From a phage, in assembly GCA_033580375.1 (NCBI GenBank), contig GCA_033580375.1_4527.1: a DNA stretch of 64,000 bases; one strand, given 5' to 3'. The notes under the pieces are model-generated. The model saw only the letters and a program-made list of their open reading frames with translations, searched no databases and was not told where the DNA came from. Each line of letters starts with the position of its first letter. The first letter of the stretch is position 1. Below are positions 45,206 to 54,915 of this stretch, piece by piece. The position numbers and the translations under genes were made by a program.

Positions 45206-45221
45206 GGGAGCCGAAGCTCCC
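45206..45221 (-). terminator. Stem-loop GGGAGC-TTCG-GCTCCC between ORFs
   Basis: 6 bp stem directly after the upstream stop and before the RBS of the downstream gene. Confidence 0.5.
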
Positions 45222-45228
45222 AGTTAAA

Positions 45229-45594
45229 TTAGATATCGAATTCATTAAGAACTACATCAAAGATTGCTTCGAGATGTTCAGGTTTAGCTCGGTTACTCAG
45301 GATATGACGAATCCAAGTTTTAACCAGAAGTTTACGATTGACACCGTTCCAGCAAGGATGAGTACCTAAATCACGCTGACGGAAATCATCATCTAATGCA
45401 ATTTTGAAGTTGGAACCTTCCATCGTGATTGAAAGCGTGATGCCATTTTCAAATCGCATATAAACGTAATTAGGAGTCATGCACTGTTCGATTTCACAAA
45501 CTGTACCGTTTTTGTGTTTCCATAAGCAAATAACTTCAGAAGAACCAGCGATACCGTTAGAAACATATTTACGTTCGAAGTTGATGTAGTTCAT
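45229..45594 (-). CDS. Hypothetical protein (121 aa)
   Basis: ORF with own early promoter; weak similarity to the next ORF (shared CMTP motif). Confidence 0.5.
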   Translation of the reverse strand: MNYINFERKYVSNGIAGSSEVICLWKHKNGTVCEIEQCMTPNYVYMRFENGITLSITMEGSNFKIALDDDFRQRDLGTHPCWNGVNRKLLVKTWIRHILSNRAKPEHLEAIFDVVLNEFDI

Positions 45595-45635
45595 TTTATT
45601 CTCCAGATGTTTAAGTTGTTTGTTGGTACAGGTCT

Positions 45636-45664
45636 ATAATAACATAACCTGTACCAAAGTAAAC
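45636..45664 (-). promoter_or_regulatory. Early-type promoter GTTTAC-N17-TATTAT for ORF 45229..45594
   Basis: The -10 lies in the loop of an 8 bp inverted repeat GGTACAGG/CCTGTACC. Confidence 0.5.
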
Positions 45665-45668
45665 TGTT

Positions 45669-46037
45669 TTATGCAACTTTAATCCAATTGTCTAAATTTA
45701 AAACACCTTTGGCTTTCATTTTTTCGATCAGGTTATCTGCTGTAATGCGTCCATTTTGATACCATGTAACATCTTCAGAGTAACCAGTTTCTTCGTCAAC
45801 ATATGTTTCTGAACGAATTTTGCCGGTAATAATAGTTTTTAATTCGTATGTGTCACCTGTGAAAAAGTTTGCTAACACAATTTTCCAAGAGAAATCATTT
45901 GAAGGACCTTCAGGGGTCATACAACCTACGATCTCAAATTGCTCTTTGTATAACATCCACTGGAATTCTTTAATTTCGATAGCTTTATAACCGTCGTGGT
46001 CTTTACATTCGATGTATGAGTTCAGATTGATTTTCAT
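45669..46037 (-). CDS. Hypothetical protein (122 aa)
   Basis: ORF with own early promoter. Confidence 0.5.
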   Translation of the reverse strand: MKINLNSYIECKDHDGYKAIEIKEFQWMLYKEQFEIVGCMTPEGPSNDFSWKIVLANFFTGDTYELKTIITGKIRSETYVDEETGYSEDVTWYQNGRITADNLIEKMKAKGVLNLDNWIKVA

Positions 46038-46079
46038 TTTATTCTCCAGATTGTTTTATTGATTAGGTGGTACAAGTCT

Positions 46080-46108
46080 ATAGTAACACATCCTACAGGA
46101 GAGTAAAC
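46080..46108 (-). promoter_or_regulatory. Early-type promoter GTTTAC-N17-TACTAT for ORF 45669..46037
   Basis: Consensus blocks on the - strand. Confidence 0.5.
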
Positions 46109-46144
46109 ATCTTTTTAAACTTTTTCTGCCCTAAACGCACAAAA

Positions 46145-46162
46145 GGGAGACCGAAGTCTCCC
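46145..46162 (-). terminator. Stem-loop GGGAGAC-TTCG-GTCTCCC followed by TTTTGTG, after the small basic ORF
   Basis: Same hairpin as at 3313 and 62229, on the - strand. Confidence 0.6.
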
Positions 46163-46167
46163 TAAAA

Positions 46168-46344
46168 TTATGCAACAACCTTTCCAAAACGAGAAGCATC
46201 ATCTCGAAGAACTGCACGTGCTCTGCGCATGATCTTCTCAACTGTTTGATTAATACGAGAGTTCGACCCACGCTTGTATCCAGCGCGTTTAGAATCACCG
46301 ACTTTCTTTTCAACTGCTTTCTTTGCTTTAGTTTGTTTTGCCAT
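46168..46344 (-). CDS. Unannotated small, highly basic protein (58 aa)
   Basis: Not in the ORF track. Translation MAKQTKAKKAVEKKVGDSKRAGYKRGSNSRINQTVEKIMRRARAVLRDDASRFGKVVA; stop is followed at once by the terminator hairpin. Confidence 0.5.
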   Translation of the reverse strand: MAKQTKAKKAVEKKVGDSKRAGYKRGSNSRINQTVEKIMRRARAVLRDDASRFGKVVA

Positions 46345-46716
46345 TATAAATTCTCTTTAAATGAAAATGCAGGACTTATTGACATTGCCTGCTCAAGCCC
46401 TCAAGGGGAACATAGGTTTTTGGATATTTAACGACCAGGATAACCATAAACCCGTCATCATACCTTATAGCTCTTATCTGTTGCACACCGTTAGCTTAAA
46501 GGTTCCGGGTTCGATTTCTCGAGGATAAGATATATACTGATGGATATATAGGCCTTGAGGCGTACTCCCGATTAGCCATCACCTCGGGGTAGCATGCACT
46601 TACCGCTATAAGAACAACATTCAAGAGGTACACCGTAAAATTGTCGGGGCGGTACTTCTAAAACATACCGATTCGCAAATCGATAATCAGACAATTCGAC
46701 GGCTCCTCGATTTAAC

Positions 46717-46965
46717 TTACTTCAGGGTAATAACAAAATGACGAACTGCTTTACGAGCTGCTGAAGCCAGAGGCTTAGCATATTTCAATTCATCTTTCTG
46801 AGCCAGTACATCACGAAGATCGGCCTGTGCTGGATTCAGATGTTTGAAATATCGCAGGATTTCCAGTGCTTCGGCTTCAACATCAATTGACGCGCCGTAG
46901 TTTTCGTGGCCATTATTCCATGCATGGCGTTGCAGTTCAAGAGCGTGTTGTAATTGTTTAATCAT
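46717..46965 (-). CDS. rIII: rIII lysis-inhibition accessory protein
   Basis: 82 aa; sequence MIKQLQHALELQRHAWNNGHENYGASIDVEAEALEILRYFKHLNPAQ... matches T4 rIII. Confidence 0.95.
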   Translation of the reverse strand: MIKQLQHALELQRHAWNNGHENYGASIDVEAEALEILRYFKHLNPAQADLRDVLAQKDELKYAKPLASAARKAVRHFVITLK

Positions 46966-47081
46966 TTTAAATTCTCAATTCGAGATAATATTTAGTAGCC
47001 ACGTTCGTCTGAATTTCACCTTCTTTCGACAGGTCTCTCAGTTGTAGGCTACCGCTTAGAAGAGTGTTCTCTTCATATAGT

Positions 47082-47089
47082 TATTTATA
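47082..47089 (-). promoter_or_regulatory. Late promoter TATAAATA (- strand) upstream of rIII
   Basis: Reverse complement of TATTTATA immediately downstream of the gene 31 stop. Confidence 0.5.
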
Positions 47090-47422
47090 TCACTTATAAA
47101 GACACGGAATAGCTTTATAGTGGCATGTTACGAATTTCTGTTTAATTTCTTTAGGTTGTTTAAGACCTAAAGCCACAAATGGATGTGGAACATTTCGAAT
47201 TTGTCCAACTGGTAGTGGAGTCAAATCACCGACTTCAACAAAACCTTCAGGAACATCAGGACCTACAGAATGAACTACACATAGTTCAGGAACTTCACCT
47301 TGAACACGTTTACCAATCACAAGTCCTGATTCGGTAACTTCTTCATCACCTGCTTGAGCGGGTTCAGAAACCAGAATGACATATTCACCAACAGCACGAA
47401 TTGGGAGTTGTACTTCAGACAT
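47090..47422 (-). CDS. 31: Co-chaperonin gp31 (GroES analogue)
   Basis: 110 aa; sequence [34 protein letters not shown]... matches T4 gp31. Confidence 0.95.
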   Translation of the reverse strand: MSEVQLPIRAVGEYVILVSEPAQAGDEEVTESGLVIGKRVQGEVPELCVVHSVGPDVPEGFVEVGDLTPLPVGQIRNVPHPFVALGLKQPKEIKQKFVTCHYKAIPCLYK

Positions 47423-47452
47423 CTTATTTCCTTGTTGTTTGACGATAGATTA

Positions 47453-47478
47453 ATAATACCATACTATTCGTAAAGCAT
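47453..47478 (-). promoter_or_regulatory. MotA-dependent middle promoter for gene 31
   Basis: - strand reads ATGCTTTAC - 12 nt - TATTAT, then AGGAA RBS. Confidence 0.6.
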
Positions 47479-47479
47479 A

Positions 47480-47788
47480 TTACATAAGAAGCAAACGTTC
47501 GACCGGAGTACCATCAACCGAAATTACTTTATCAAGGCGGAAAGAACGCCACTGACCTAACTTGGTATCGAATGCTCGAACTGATTCACGAGGTTCATAA
47601 CGAACTTCTGTTGCCGGATTGTTATTTTCGTATTTGACTTCAAGTTCGTCGCGAGAAGCAAACATCGTACGAACATCACCGTTAGCCTTTTCAAATACAA
47701 CACAATGAACGCCTACAGACAGAATAGTTTTAATACGTTCACGAAGAACCATAGTTTCTTGTTCAGTTAAAATCATATTATTCACCAC
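47480..47788 (-). CDS. Hypothetical protein (31.1-like)
   Basis: 102 aa ORF between cd and 31. Confidence 0.55.
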   Translation of the reverse strand: MVNNMILTEQETMVLRERIKTILSVGVHCVVFEKANGDVRTMFASRDELEVKYENNNPATEVRYEPRESVRAFDTKLGQWRSFRLDKVISVDGTPVERLLLM

Positions 47789-48359
47789 AAAAGTTTCGGA
47801 TTTGTTCCCAATTCAGAGAACGAAGATTATTACGAGAGTACTGAATTACTTCAATACCAGCTTGTTTTAGAATGTCTGCCCAATTTTCAGGAGATCGGTC
47901 ATATAATTCTGCATATACAACCTTTTTAATACCTGACTGCGTAATAGCTTTAGTACAATCAGGACATGGAGAAAGCGTCGTATATAACGTAGCACCTTCA
48001 ATAGAATTACCTTTACGAGCGGCAAACAAAATTGCATTCAATTCTGCATGGATTTCATTATTAGCAGACCATGCACTATGAGCAGCTCGATGTTCTTTGG
48101 CTAAAACAAAATTATCTACCCGTCCAAATGCTGTAGTGCCTTCTTTATGTCCAGCAACGATGACTGGGATTGGTTTATTCTTCAACCAACCGTTTTCAGA
48201 TGCATGTTCGCAACAGTTAACGCCACCTGCAGGTGAACCGTTATATCCAGTAGAGATAATGCGTCCATCTTTTTCAATGACGGCACCAACTTTCCATGAA
48301 CAACATTTTGATTCTTGAGAAATCAGATATGCAATCTGAAGGTATGTGCTAGCTTTCAT
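47778..48359 (-). CDS. cd: dCMP deaminase
   Basis: 193 aa; zinc-binding HAELNA...SPCPDC motifs of the cytidine/dCMP deaminase family. Confidence 0.9.
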   Translation of the reverse strand: MKASTYLQIAYLISQESKCCSWKVGAVIEKDGRIISTGYNGSPAGGVNCCEHASENGWLKNKPIPVIVAGHKEGTTAFGRVDNFVLAKEHRAAHSAWSANNEIHAELNAILFAARKGNSIEGATLYTTLSPCPDCTKAITQSGIKKVVYAELYDRSPENWADILKQAGIEVIQYSRNNLRSLNWEQIRNFCGE

Positions 48360-49351
48360 TATTGAACCTTATTAATATAAGTTAACAGCTCTTTAGTTTG
48401 TTCCCAACTGATGCACGCATCGGTAACGGAAACGCCATAGGACATATTATCAGAAATTTTTTGATTTCCTTCATGTAGGAACGATTCTATCATAATTCCT
48501 TTGACCAAATCATTAGCTGCTAAATTTTTACCAATACCAATTTGATTGCTATAATGCCCTTCAGCGTTTGCATGGCTACAGTCAACCATTACATAATGAT
48601 TCAGACCTACTGCCCTTGCTTTGTTAGAAGCTTCTTGAATATCAGAAGAATGATAGTTCGGGCCGTTGGTCCCGCCACGCAATACGATATGCGTATTCTG
48701 ATTACCTTCAGCTTCAACAATGCCTACAGTACCATCGACGTCCATACCCATATACCGATGAGGCCAGGCGGCACTATACATCGCGTCTGTAGCTACTTTA
48801 ATAGAACCATTGGTTGCGTTCTTGAAGCCTACGCACATCGGTAGACCTGAAGCAATTTCACGATGTGTCTGACTTTCAGTCGTACGGGCGCCAATAGCAA
48901 CCCATGAGAAAATACCAGAAAGATACTTAATCGTGAATGGGTCTAATACTTCAGTTGCTAATGGAAGTCCCATACGTAGAAGTTTACGACACAATGTTCG
49001 TGCAACTATAAGACCGTGGTTCATATCAAAACTTCCGTCAAGATATGGATCATTTACAAGACCTTTCCAACCTACGGTAGTTCGAGGCTTTTCAAAATAA
49101 ACGCGCATCACTAACAGAACATTAGGAAGACGAGTTTGAAGTTCAGCCAGACGTTTGCCGTATTCAACAGCAGCAATAGGGTCATGAATTGAACAAGGAC
49201 CTACAACAATAAGTTTGCGTGGGTCTTCACCGTTCATAATCGAATTAACTTGTTCGCGATGAGAAGCCACTTGTGATGCGTAAGCTTCCGACAAAGGAAT
49301 AATCTCAGCCAGTTCTTTTGGAGAAATAAGTTTTCCGACGACAGGTAACAT
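48359..49351 (-). CDS. 3-deoxy-D-arabino-heptulosonate-7-phosphate (DAHP) synthase, class I alpha (AroG/AroF-like); auxiliary metabolic gene
   Basis: 330 aa; motifs LIVVGPCSIHD, RVYFEKPRTTVGWKGL, GARTTESQ, DCSHAN, IESFLHEGNQ and SVTDACISW match the AroG active site. Stop overlaps the cd start (TAATG). Confidence 0.85.
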   Translation of the reverse strand: MLPVVGKLISPKELAEIIPLSEAYASQVASHREQVNSIMNGEDPRKLIVVGPCSIHDPIAAVEYGKRLAELQTRLPNVLLVMRVYFEKPRTTVGWKGLVNDPYLDGSFDMNHGLIVARTLCRKLLRMGLPLATEVLDPFTIKYLSGIFSWVAIGARTTESQTHREIASGLPMCVGFKNATNGSIKVATDAMYSAAWPHRYMGMDVDGTVGIVEAEGNQNTHIVLRGGTNGPNYHSSDIQEASNKARAVGLNHYVMVDCSHANAEGHYSNQIGIGKNLAANDLVKGIMIESFLHEGNQKISDNMSYGVSVTDACISWEQTKELLTYINKVQ

Positions 49352-49471
49352 AACAATCCTTAGGAGATATAAACAGATTCTGATTCAACAATACCTTTAC
49401 CCGGATTAGACAGGCTAAGTTGGTAGTGCTCAGATTTATGACCATTCTCTATAGTAATGAGATAGCTCTCA

Positions 49472-49708
49472 TTATAGTGTTCCATATACTCGAGTTGCTT
49501 CAACAAGACCATCACTGCCTAATTTAAGATTAGTAATTTGGTCACCATCTTTAGGATTAACGATTATGAGAAAAGAACGTGGAGATTCTTGAATAACTCG
49601 TAATGTTGCATCTTGGAAACGTTCAGACACTTTATTGATGAGTGCTTGAGCAAATTCTTTTACTTTAATCTGAAATTCGTGTACTGTAATTGGGTTTTCA
49701 CTTAGCAT
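49472..49708 (-). CDS. Hypothetical protein (78 aa)
   Basis: Track ORF trimmed to the ATG at 49708, preceded by AGGAA and an early-promoter cassette. Confidence 0.5.
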   Translation of the reverse strand: MLSENPITVHEFQIKVKEFAQALINKVSERFQDATLRVIQESPRSFLIIVNPKDGDQITNLKLGSDGLVEATRVYGTL

Positions 49709-49736
49709 TTCTATTTCCTCATTTGTTGGTAGAGTT

Positions 49737-49766
49737 ATAGTATCACAACTCCACCATGTTGTAAAC
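49737..49766 (-). promoter_or_regulatory. Early-type promoter GTTTAC-N18-TACTAT for ORF 49472..49708
   Basis: Consensus blocks and conserved ACCAACAAATGAGGAA leader. Confidence 0.55.
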
Positions 49767-50042
49767 TTAAATTGCAAAACATTTAATTTCTTGTGAATCG
49801 AAATCAACTTCACACTGAATTACTAGTTCAGCATCAAGACCAAACACAACAATCACATGAGCCGAGCTGGGCAACAATGTAACAGACACAGAATCCACTT
49901 GGTCAGGCACCAGAGTATTCAAAACGTAGAGTAGTTCAGAGTGGACCTTAAGCTCGGTAGCAGTATCCAGCTTATCAAAGAAATGATTTGCGATAATCTG
50001 ACTAAAAACGACCTTTACAATTTCAGAATATTTAGGGAACAT
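49767..50042 (-). CDS. Hypothetical protein (91 aa)
   Basis: ORF in operon orientation. Confidence 0.45.
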   Translation of the reverse strand: MFPKYSEIVKVVFSQIIANHFFDKLDTATELKVHSELLYVLNTLVPDQVDSVSVTLLPSSAHVIVVFGLDAELVIQCEVDFDSQEIKCFAI

Positions 50043-50049
50043 AATTACC

Positions 50050-50274
50050 TCAGTGTACAGTATTTACTTTAACTCGAACAACAAATTGCTCGGTCGGTTC
50101 GCCTACAGGAACAAACTCTACATGATATTCGCCTTTGTAACGAGTATTCAGGTCGTTACGAATTTCGGTAAGCTTGTTGATTAATGTAGAACTCATATTA
50201 AGTCCTACTAGTTTACGAAGCATTTTGTATGCTTCATCTTCGATTTCATGATGTTTATCGTACATAATTTTCAT
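50050..50274 (-). CDS. Hypothetical protein (74 aa)
   Basis: ORF in operon orientation. Confidence 0.45.
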   Translation of the reverse strand: MKIMYDKHHEIEDEAYKMLRKLVGLNMSSTLINKLTEIRNDLNTRYKGEYHVEFVPVGEPTEQFVVRVKVNTVH

Positions 50275-50445
50275 TTAACCATTCAATTGCCTGGTCGACG
50301 TTATCAAATATACCACCGTCCAAACGTTCTTCATGCTCATAGTCCAGCACATCAATACCGAACTGTCCATTTACTAAAGGCCAGGCTACAAACAAATATT
50401 CTTTATGCTGTTCGATGGCCTCAATCACTTCATATAATCGTTTCA

Positions 50446-50446
<1 letters not shown>
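50255..50446 (-). CDS. Hypothetical acidic protein (63 aa)
   Basis: ORF whose stop overlaps the pseT start... wait, its start overlaps the pseT stop region; operon orientation. Confidence 0.45.
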
Positions 50447-51532
<1,086 letters not shown>

Positions 51533-51533
<1 letters not shown>

Positions 51534-51832
51534 TATTTTATTCCTAAGAAAGTTTCAAGAATACGAATGTTATGCTCGCGCCGGTCTTTATTAATTTCAG
51601 CAACGTTTTTATTAATTGACGTACTTCTAACGTTTGAAGAAATAAATTTAATCATATGACTTTTGAGTTGTTGCAAATCCAACCCTTTTTCTTTAGCCGC
51701 TTTACGAAGAGCTTTACCTGCTTCATCTAGTGCCTTTGCAGCATCTTTGTCATAATTGTCAAGTGACGTTCCACGGCAGATATCAATATACTCATCAGAC
51801 CGTTTTATGTAATTCTCTAGTAATGTTTTCAT
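51533..51832 (-). CDS. Hypothetical protein (99 aa)
   Basis: ORF with AGGAA RBS and own early promoter. Confidence 0.5.
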
Positions 51833-51860
51833 TTAGATTTCCTCAATTATCCATAGGAGC

Positions 51861-51890
51861 ATTATACTCTGCTCCCGAGAGTTTGTAAAC
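51861..51890 (-). promoter_or_regulatory. Early-type promoter GTTTAC-N18-TATAAT for ORF 51533..51832
   Basis: Consensus -35 and perfect -10 on the - strand. Confidence 0.55.
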
Positions 51891-52114
51891 TATTTTACTA
51901 AAGATTCGATATACTCATGAAGAGCTTTAGTCGCTACTGCCCACTTGTTCTGATATTCATTTTTCAGATTAGCACGAGACTGAACTAACAAGCGGTCATT
52001 AGTCGGAGGCAAAGATTCTAATCGTTGAATCTGACGGCCATAAATCATAGCCGCCATTTCAGAGTCATAGATAAGTCCTTTAAGGTATTCATGCTGTTCT
52101 TTAGTCATTGACAT
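51890..52114 (-). CDS. Hypothetical protein (74 aa)
   Basis: ORF in operon orientation; overlaps the o-spanin end. Confidence 0.45.
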   Translation of the reverse strand: MSMTKEQHEYLKGLIYDSEMAAMIYGRQIQRLESLPPTNDRLLVQSRANLKNEYQNKWAVATKALHEYIESLVK

Positions 52115-52395
52115 TTTTCCTCTTTTAAACCACTACGATAATAACATAACATAGTCTTCTGGTCATGTACATATCTTTTTACGTCGTTTAACCAGATACG
52201 AAATTCTTGAGAGTCTTCAAATGGCATTCCAACCCATGGATTACCATCAATAATCTTTACTTGCCATTTCTGGTTATATTCAACAATAGATTCAGGCCAT
52301 TGCGGATGTAAAGTTTCTTTAGGGCTTAAGGGCACATCCTGGGCACATCCAGCCAAAATGCCAATAGATAATACAACTGCGGTTAATTTAATCAT
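52105..52395 (-). CDS. Outer-membrane spanin (o-spanin) lipoprotein, T4 PseT.2-like
   Basis: 96 aa; signal peptide with lipobox LAGC; ATGA overlap with the upstream i-spanin. Confidence 0.75.
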   Translation of the reverse strand: MIKLTAVVLSIGILAGCAQDVPLSPKETLHPQWPESIVEYNQKWQVKIIDGNPWVGMPFEDSQEFRIWLNDVKRYVHDQKTMLCYYRSGLKEEKCQ

Positions 52396-52748
52396 TCTGA
52401 GAGCTTCCTGAGGTCTTCTGCAAAGGAATCGAAGGACCTGTTGATTTGTTTTTCAACCAATCCTGGTTTACTTGCCACCACGTTCTTCTTCTTCGAATCC
52501 TTACGGAGCTTTTCATTTTCAGCCTTAAGTTGGTCAACTAAAACACGGTTCTTATAAGTCATTTCTTCGATTGACTGATATTGAACTTTGAAGTCGTCTA
52601 ATACTTTAGCATTGTTTTTAGCAGCCTCTTTAACAGAAGCCAATTCAGTATTCAACGAATCAACTTTGTTGTTTAAGACACCTATTGTTACAGTAGAAAC
52701 TAGAGCAAAAGCTGCTACTATAGCATAAATCGGATTTACTTTAAGCAT
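52392..52748 (-). CDS. Inner-membrane spanin (i-spanin), T4 PseT.3-like
   Basis: 118 aa; N-terminal transmembrane helix followed by a charged coiled-coil region. Confidence 0.75.
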   Translation of the reverse strand: MLKVNPIYAIVAAFALVSTVTIGVLNNKVDSLNTELASVKEAAKNNAKVLDDFKVQYQSIEEMTYKNRVLVDQLKAENEKLRKDSKKKNVVASKPGLVEKQINRSFDSFAEDLRKLSE

Positions 52749-53236
52749 GTTTTAATAATCTCAATGATTTCATCTCGGGATAATCCATTGATAAGAACGG
52801 TTTTCAAACCATCACACTGGATTTTGTACGATTCAAACAATACACACAACTCTTCTGCTGTATGATACTGGCTTGAAATTCCGAGGCGGTTGAATTTGTC
52901 GGTAAGAGGGTCGCAAATAATGTAGAATTTTATACCTGCGATATGTACGTTTGGTTGACTAATATTAATGAACACATTAGCGTCATATTTAGTCAAATTG
53001 TTTTGAAGAAATTCTACCATGGCATTAACTGCTTCTGGCATCGCTTCGCGTTTCTCTTCAGCGTATCGGGTGGAATACTCTTTTTGTTTTACTTTCTTTT
53101 TAAGATTTTTGGCCAGTGTAACACGGAGGTCAGTAAGATAACCAACTGGACGTCCTTTCTTAAAGACTCGGATTCCGTCAGTTGTGTCTCCAAAAGCGGT
53201 TACGACCATATCGTTAGTAATCAATTGCATATTCAT
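52736..53236 (-). CDS. alc: Probable Alc (inhibitor of host transcription elongation)
   Basis: Trimmed to the ATG at 53236 (AGGAG RBS), giving 166 aa versus 167 aa in T4; position between spanins and rnlA. Confidence 0.55.
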   Translation of the reverse strand: MNMQLITNDMVVTAFGDTTDGIRVFKKGRPVGYLTDLRVTLAKNLKKKVKQKEYSTRYAEEKREAMPEAVNAMVEFLQNNLTKYDANVFINISQPNVHIAGIKFYIICDPLTDKFNRLGISSQYHTAEELCVLFESYKIQCDGLKTVLINGLSRDEIIEIIKTCLK

Positions 53237-53266
53237 AATTTTCTCCTCGTGTTGTTGATAAAAGCC

Positions 53267-53296
53267 ATAGTAACACCTTCCTTGGTGTTTGTAAAC
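53267..53296 (-). promoter_or_regulatory. Early-type promoter GTTTAC-N18-TACTAT for alc
   Basis: Consensus blocks and conserved TATCAACAACACGAGGAG leader. Confidence 0.55.
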
Positions 53297-53298
53297 CA

Positions 53299-54432
<1,134 letters not shown>

Positions 54433-54449
54433 TCAGTTAGTTTTTTTAA

Positions 54450-54479
54450 ATTGTACCACAATCCTTGTGGTATGTAAAC
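54450..54479 (-). promoter_or_regulatory. Early-type promoter GTTTAC-N18-TACAAT for rnlA
   Basis: Consensus blocks followed by AGGA RBS. Confidence 0.55.
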
Positions 54480-54889
54480 TACTTTTTCTTATGTTGGATA
54501 TTCCAAGGCGGGTTGAACTTTTTGATAAAAAGCGGTTCTTCAAGGTCCATTGTTGCGATGGTCATTGAACCAAGTTCGTTGGTGACTGAAAGGTCAAAAC
54601 ATTGGCGGGCCCAGAATTCAACCTTTTTGCCTTGCATTAAGGCATCCAAAATCATAAGTGATTTTCTTGAATCTGAAGTCTGGTCTTTTCGATTTATGGC
54701 TGTTCGATAATAGTTAATGCGTTTCTTTAAATTCTTGGTTTTACCAATATACACAAGTTCGTCATCTATAGCAATAGCGTATATGACATTTTTCTTATTA
54801 GGGGCATCAACGGTTTTAATTGTTGCATCTTCTAATAGCTCCAATTCTATATATTTAATAAAGGAATATTCGGCGGCAATATCTTTCAT
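54479..54889 (-). CDS. denA: Endonuclease II (host DNA degradation)
   Basis: 136 aa; sequence MKDIAAEYSFIKYIELEL...YAIAIDDELVYIGKTKNLKKRINYYRTAINRKDQTSDS... matches T4 EndoII. Confidence 0.95.
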   Translation of the reverse strand: MKDIAAEYSFIKYIELELLEDATIKTVDAPNKKNVIYAIAIDDELVYIGKTKNLKKRINYYRTAINRKDQTSDSRKSLMILDALMQGKKVEFWARQCFDLSVTNELGSMTIATMDLEEPLFIKKFNPPWNIQHKKK

Positions 54890-54897
54890 AATAAAGT

Positions 54898-54911
54898 GGG
54901 ACCGAAGTCCC
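54898..54911 (-). promoter_or_regulatory. Stem-loop GGGAC-TTCG-GTCCC between the nrdB stop/SD-like AAGGA and the denA ATG
   Basis: mRNA reads UAAGGACG-GGGACUUCGGUCCC-ACUUUAUU-AUG; the hairpin sits between an SD-like sequence and the start codon. Confidence 0.5.
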
Positions 54912-54915
54912 GTCC

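Noticed and set aside
46246-46431. 61 aa + strand ORF in the track
   Set aside because: Antisense to the better-supported - strand small basic ORF, no RBS, hydrophobic low-complexity translation, and opposite in orientation to every neighbouring gene.
46473-46530. Possible tRNA gene: T-loop-like GGTTCGATT flanked by a 7 bp inverted repeat TCTTATC/GATAAGA
   Set aside because: The span between the putative acceptor strands is only ~44 nt, too short for D and anticodon arms, and the T-stem pairs poorly (CCGGG versus TCTCG). No canonical cloverleaf can be drawn; kept only as part of the non-coding gap finding.
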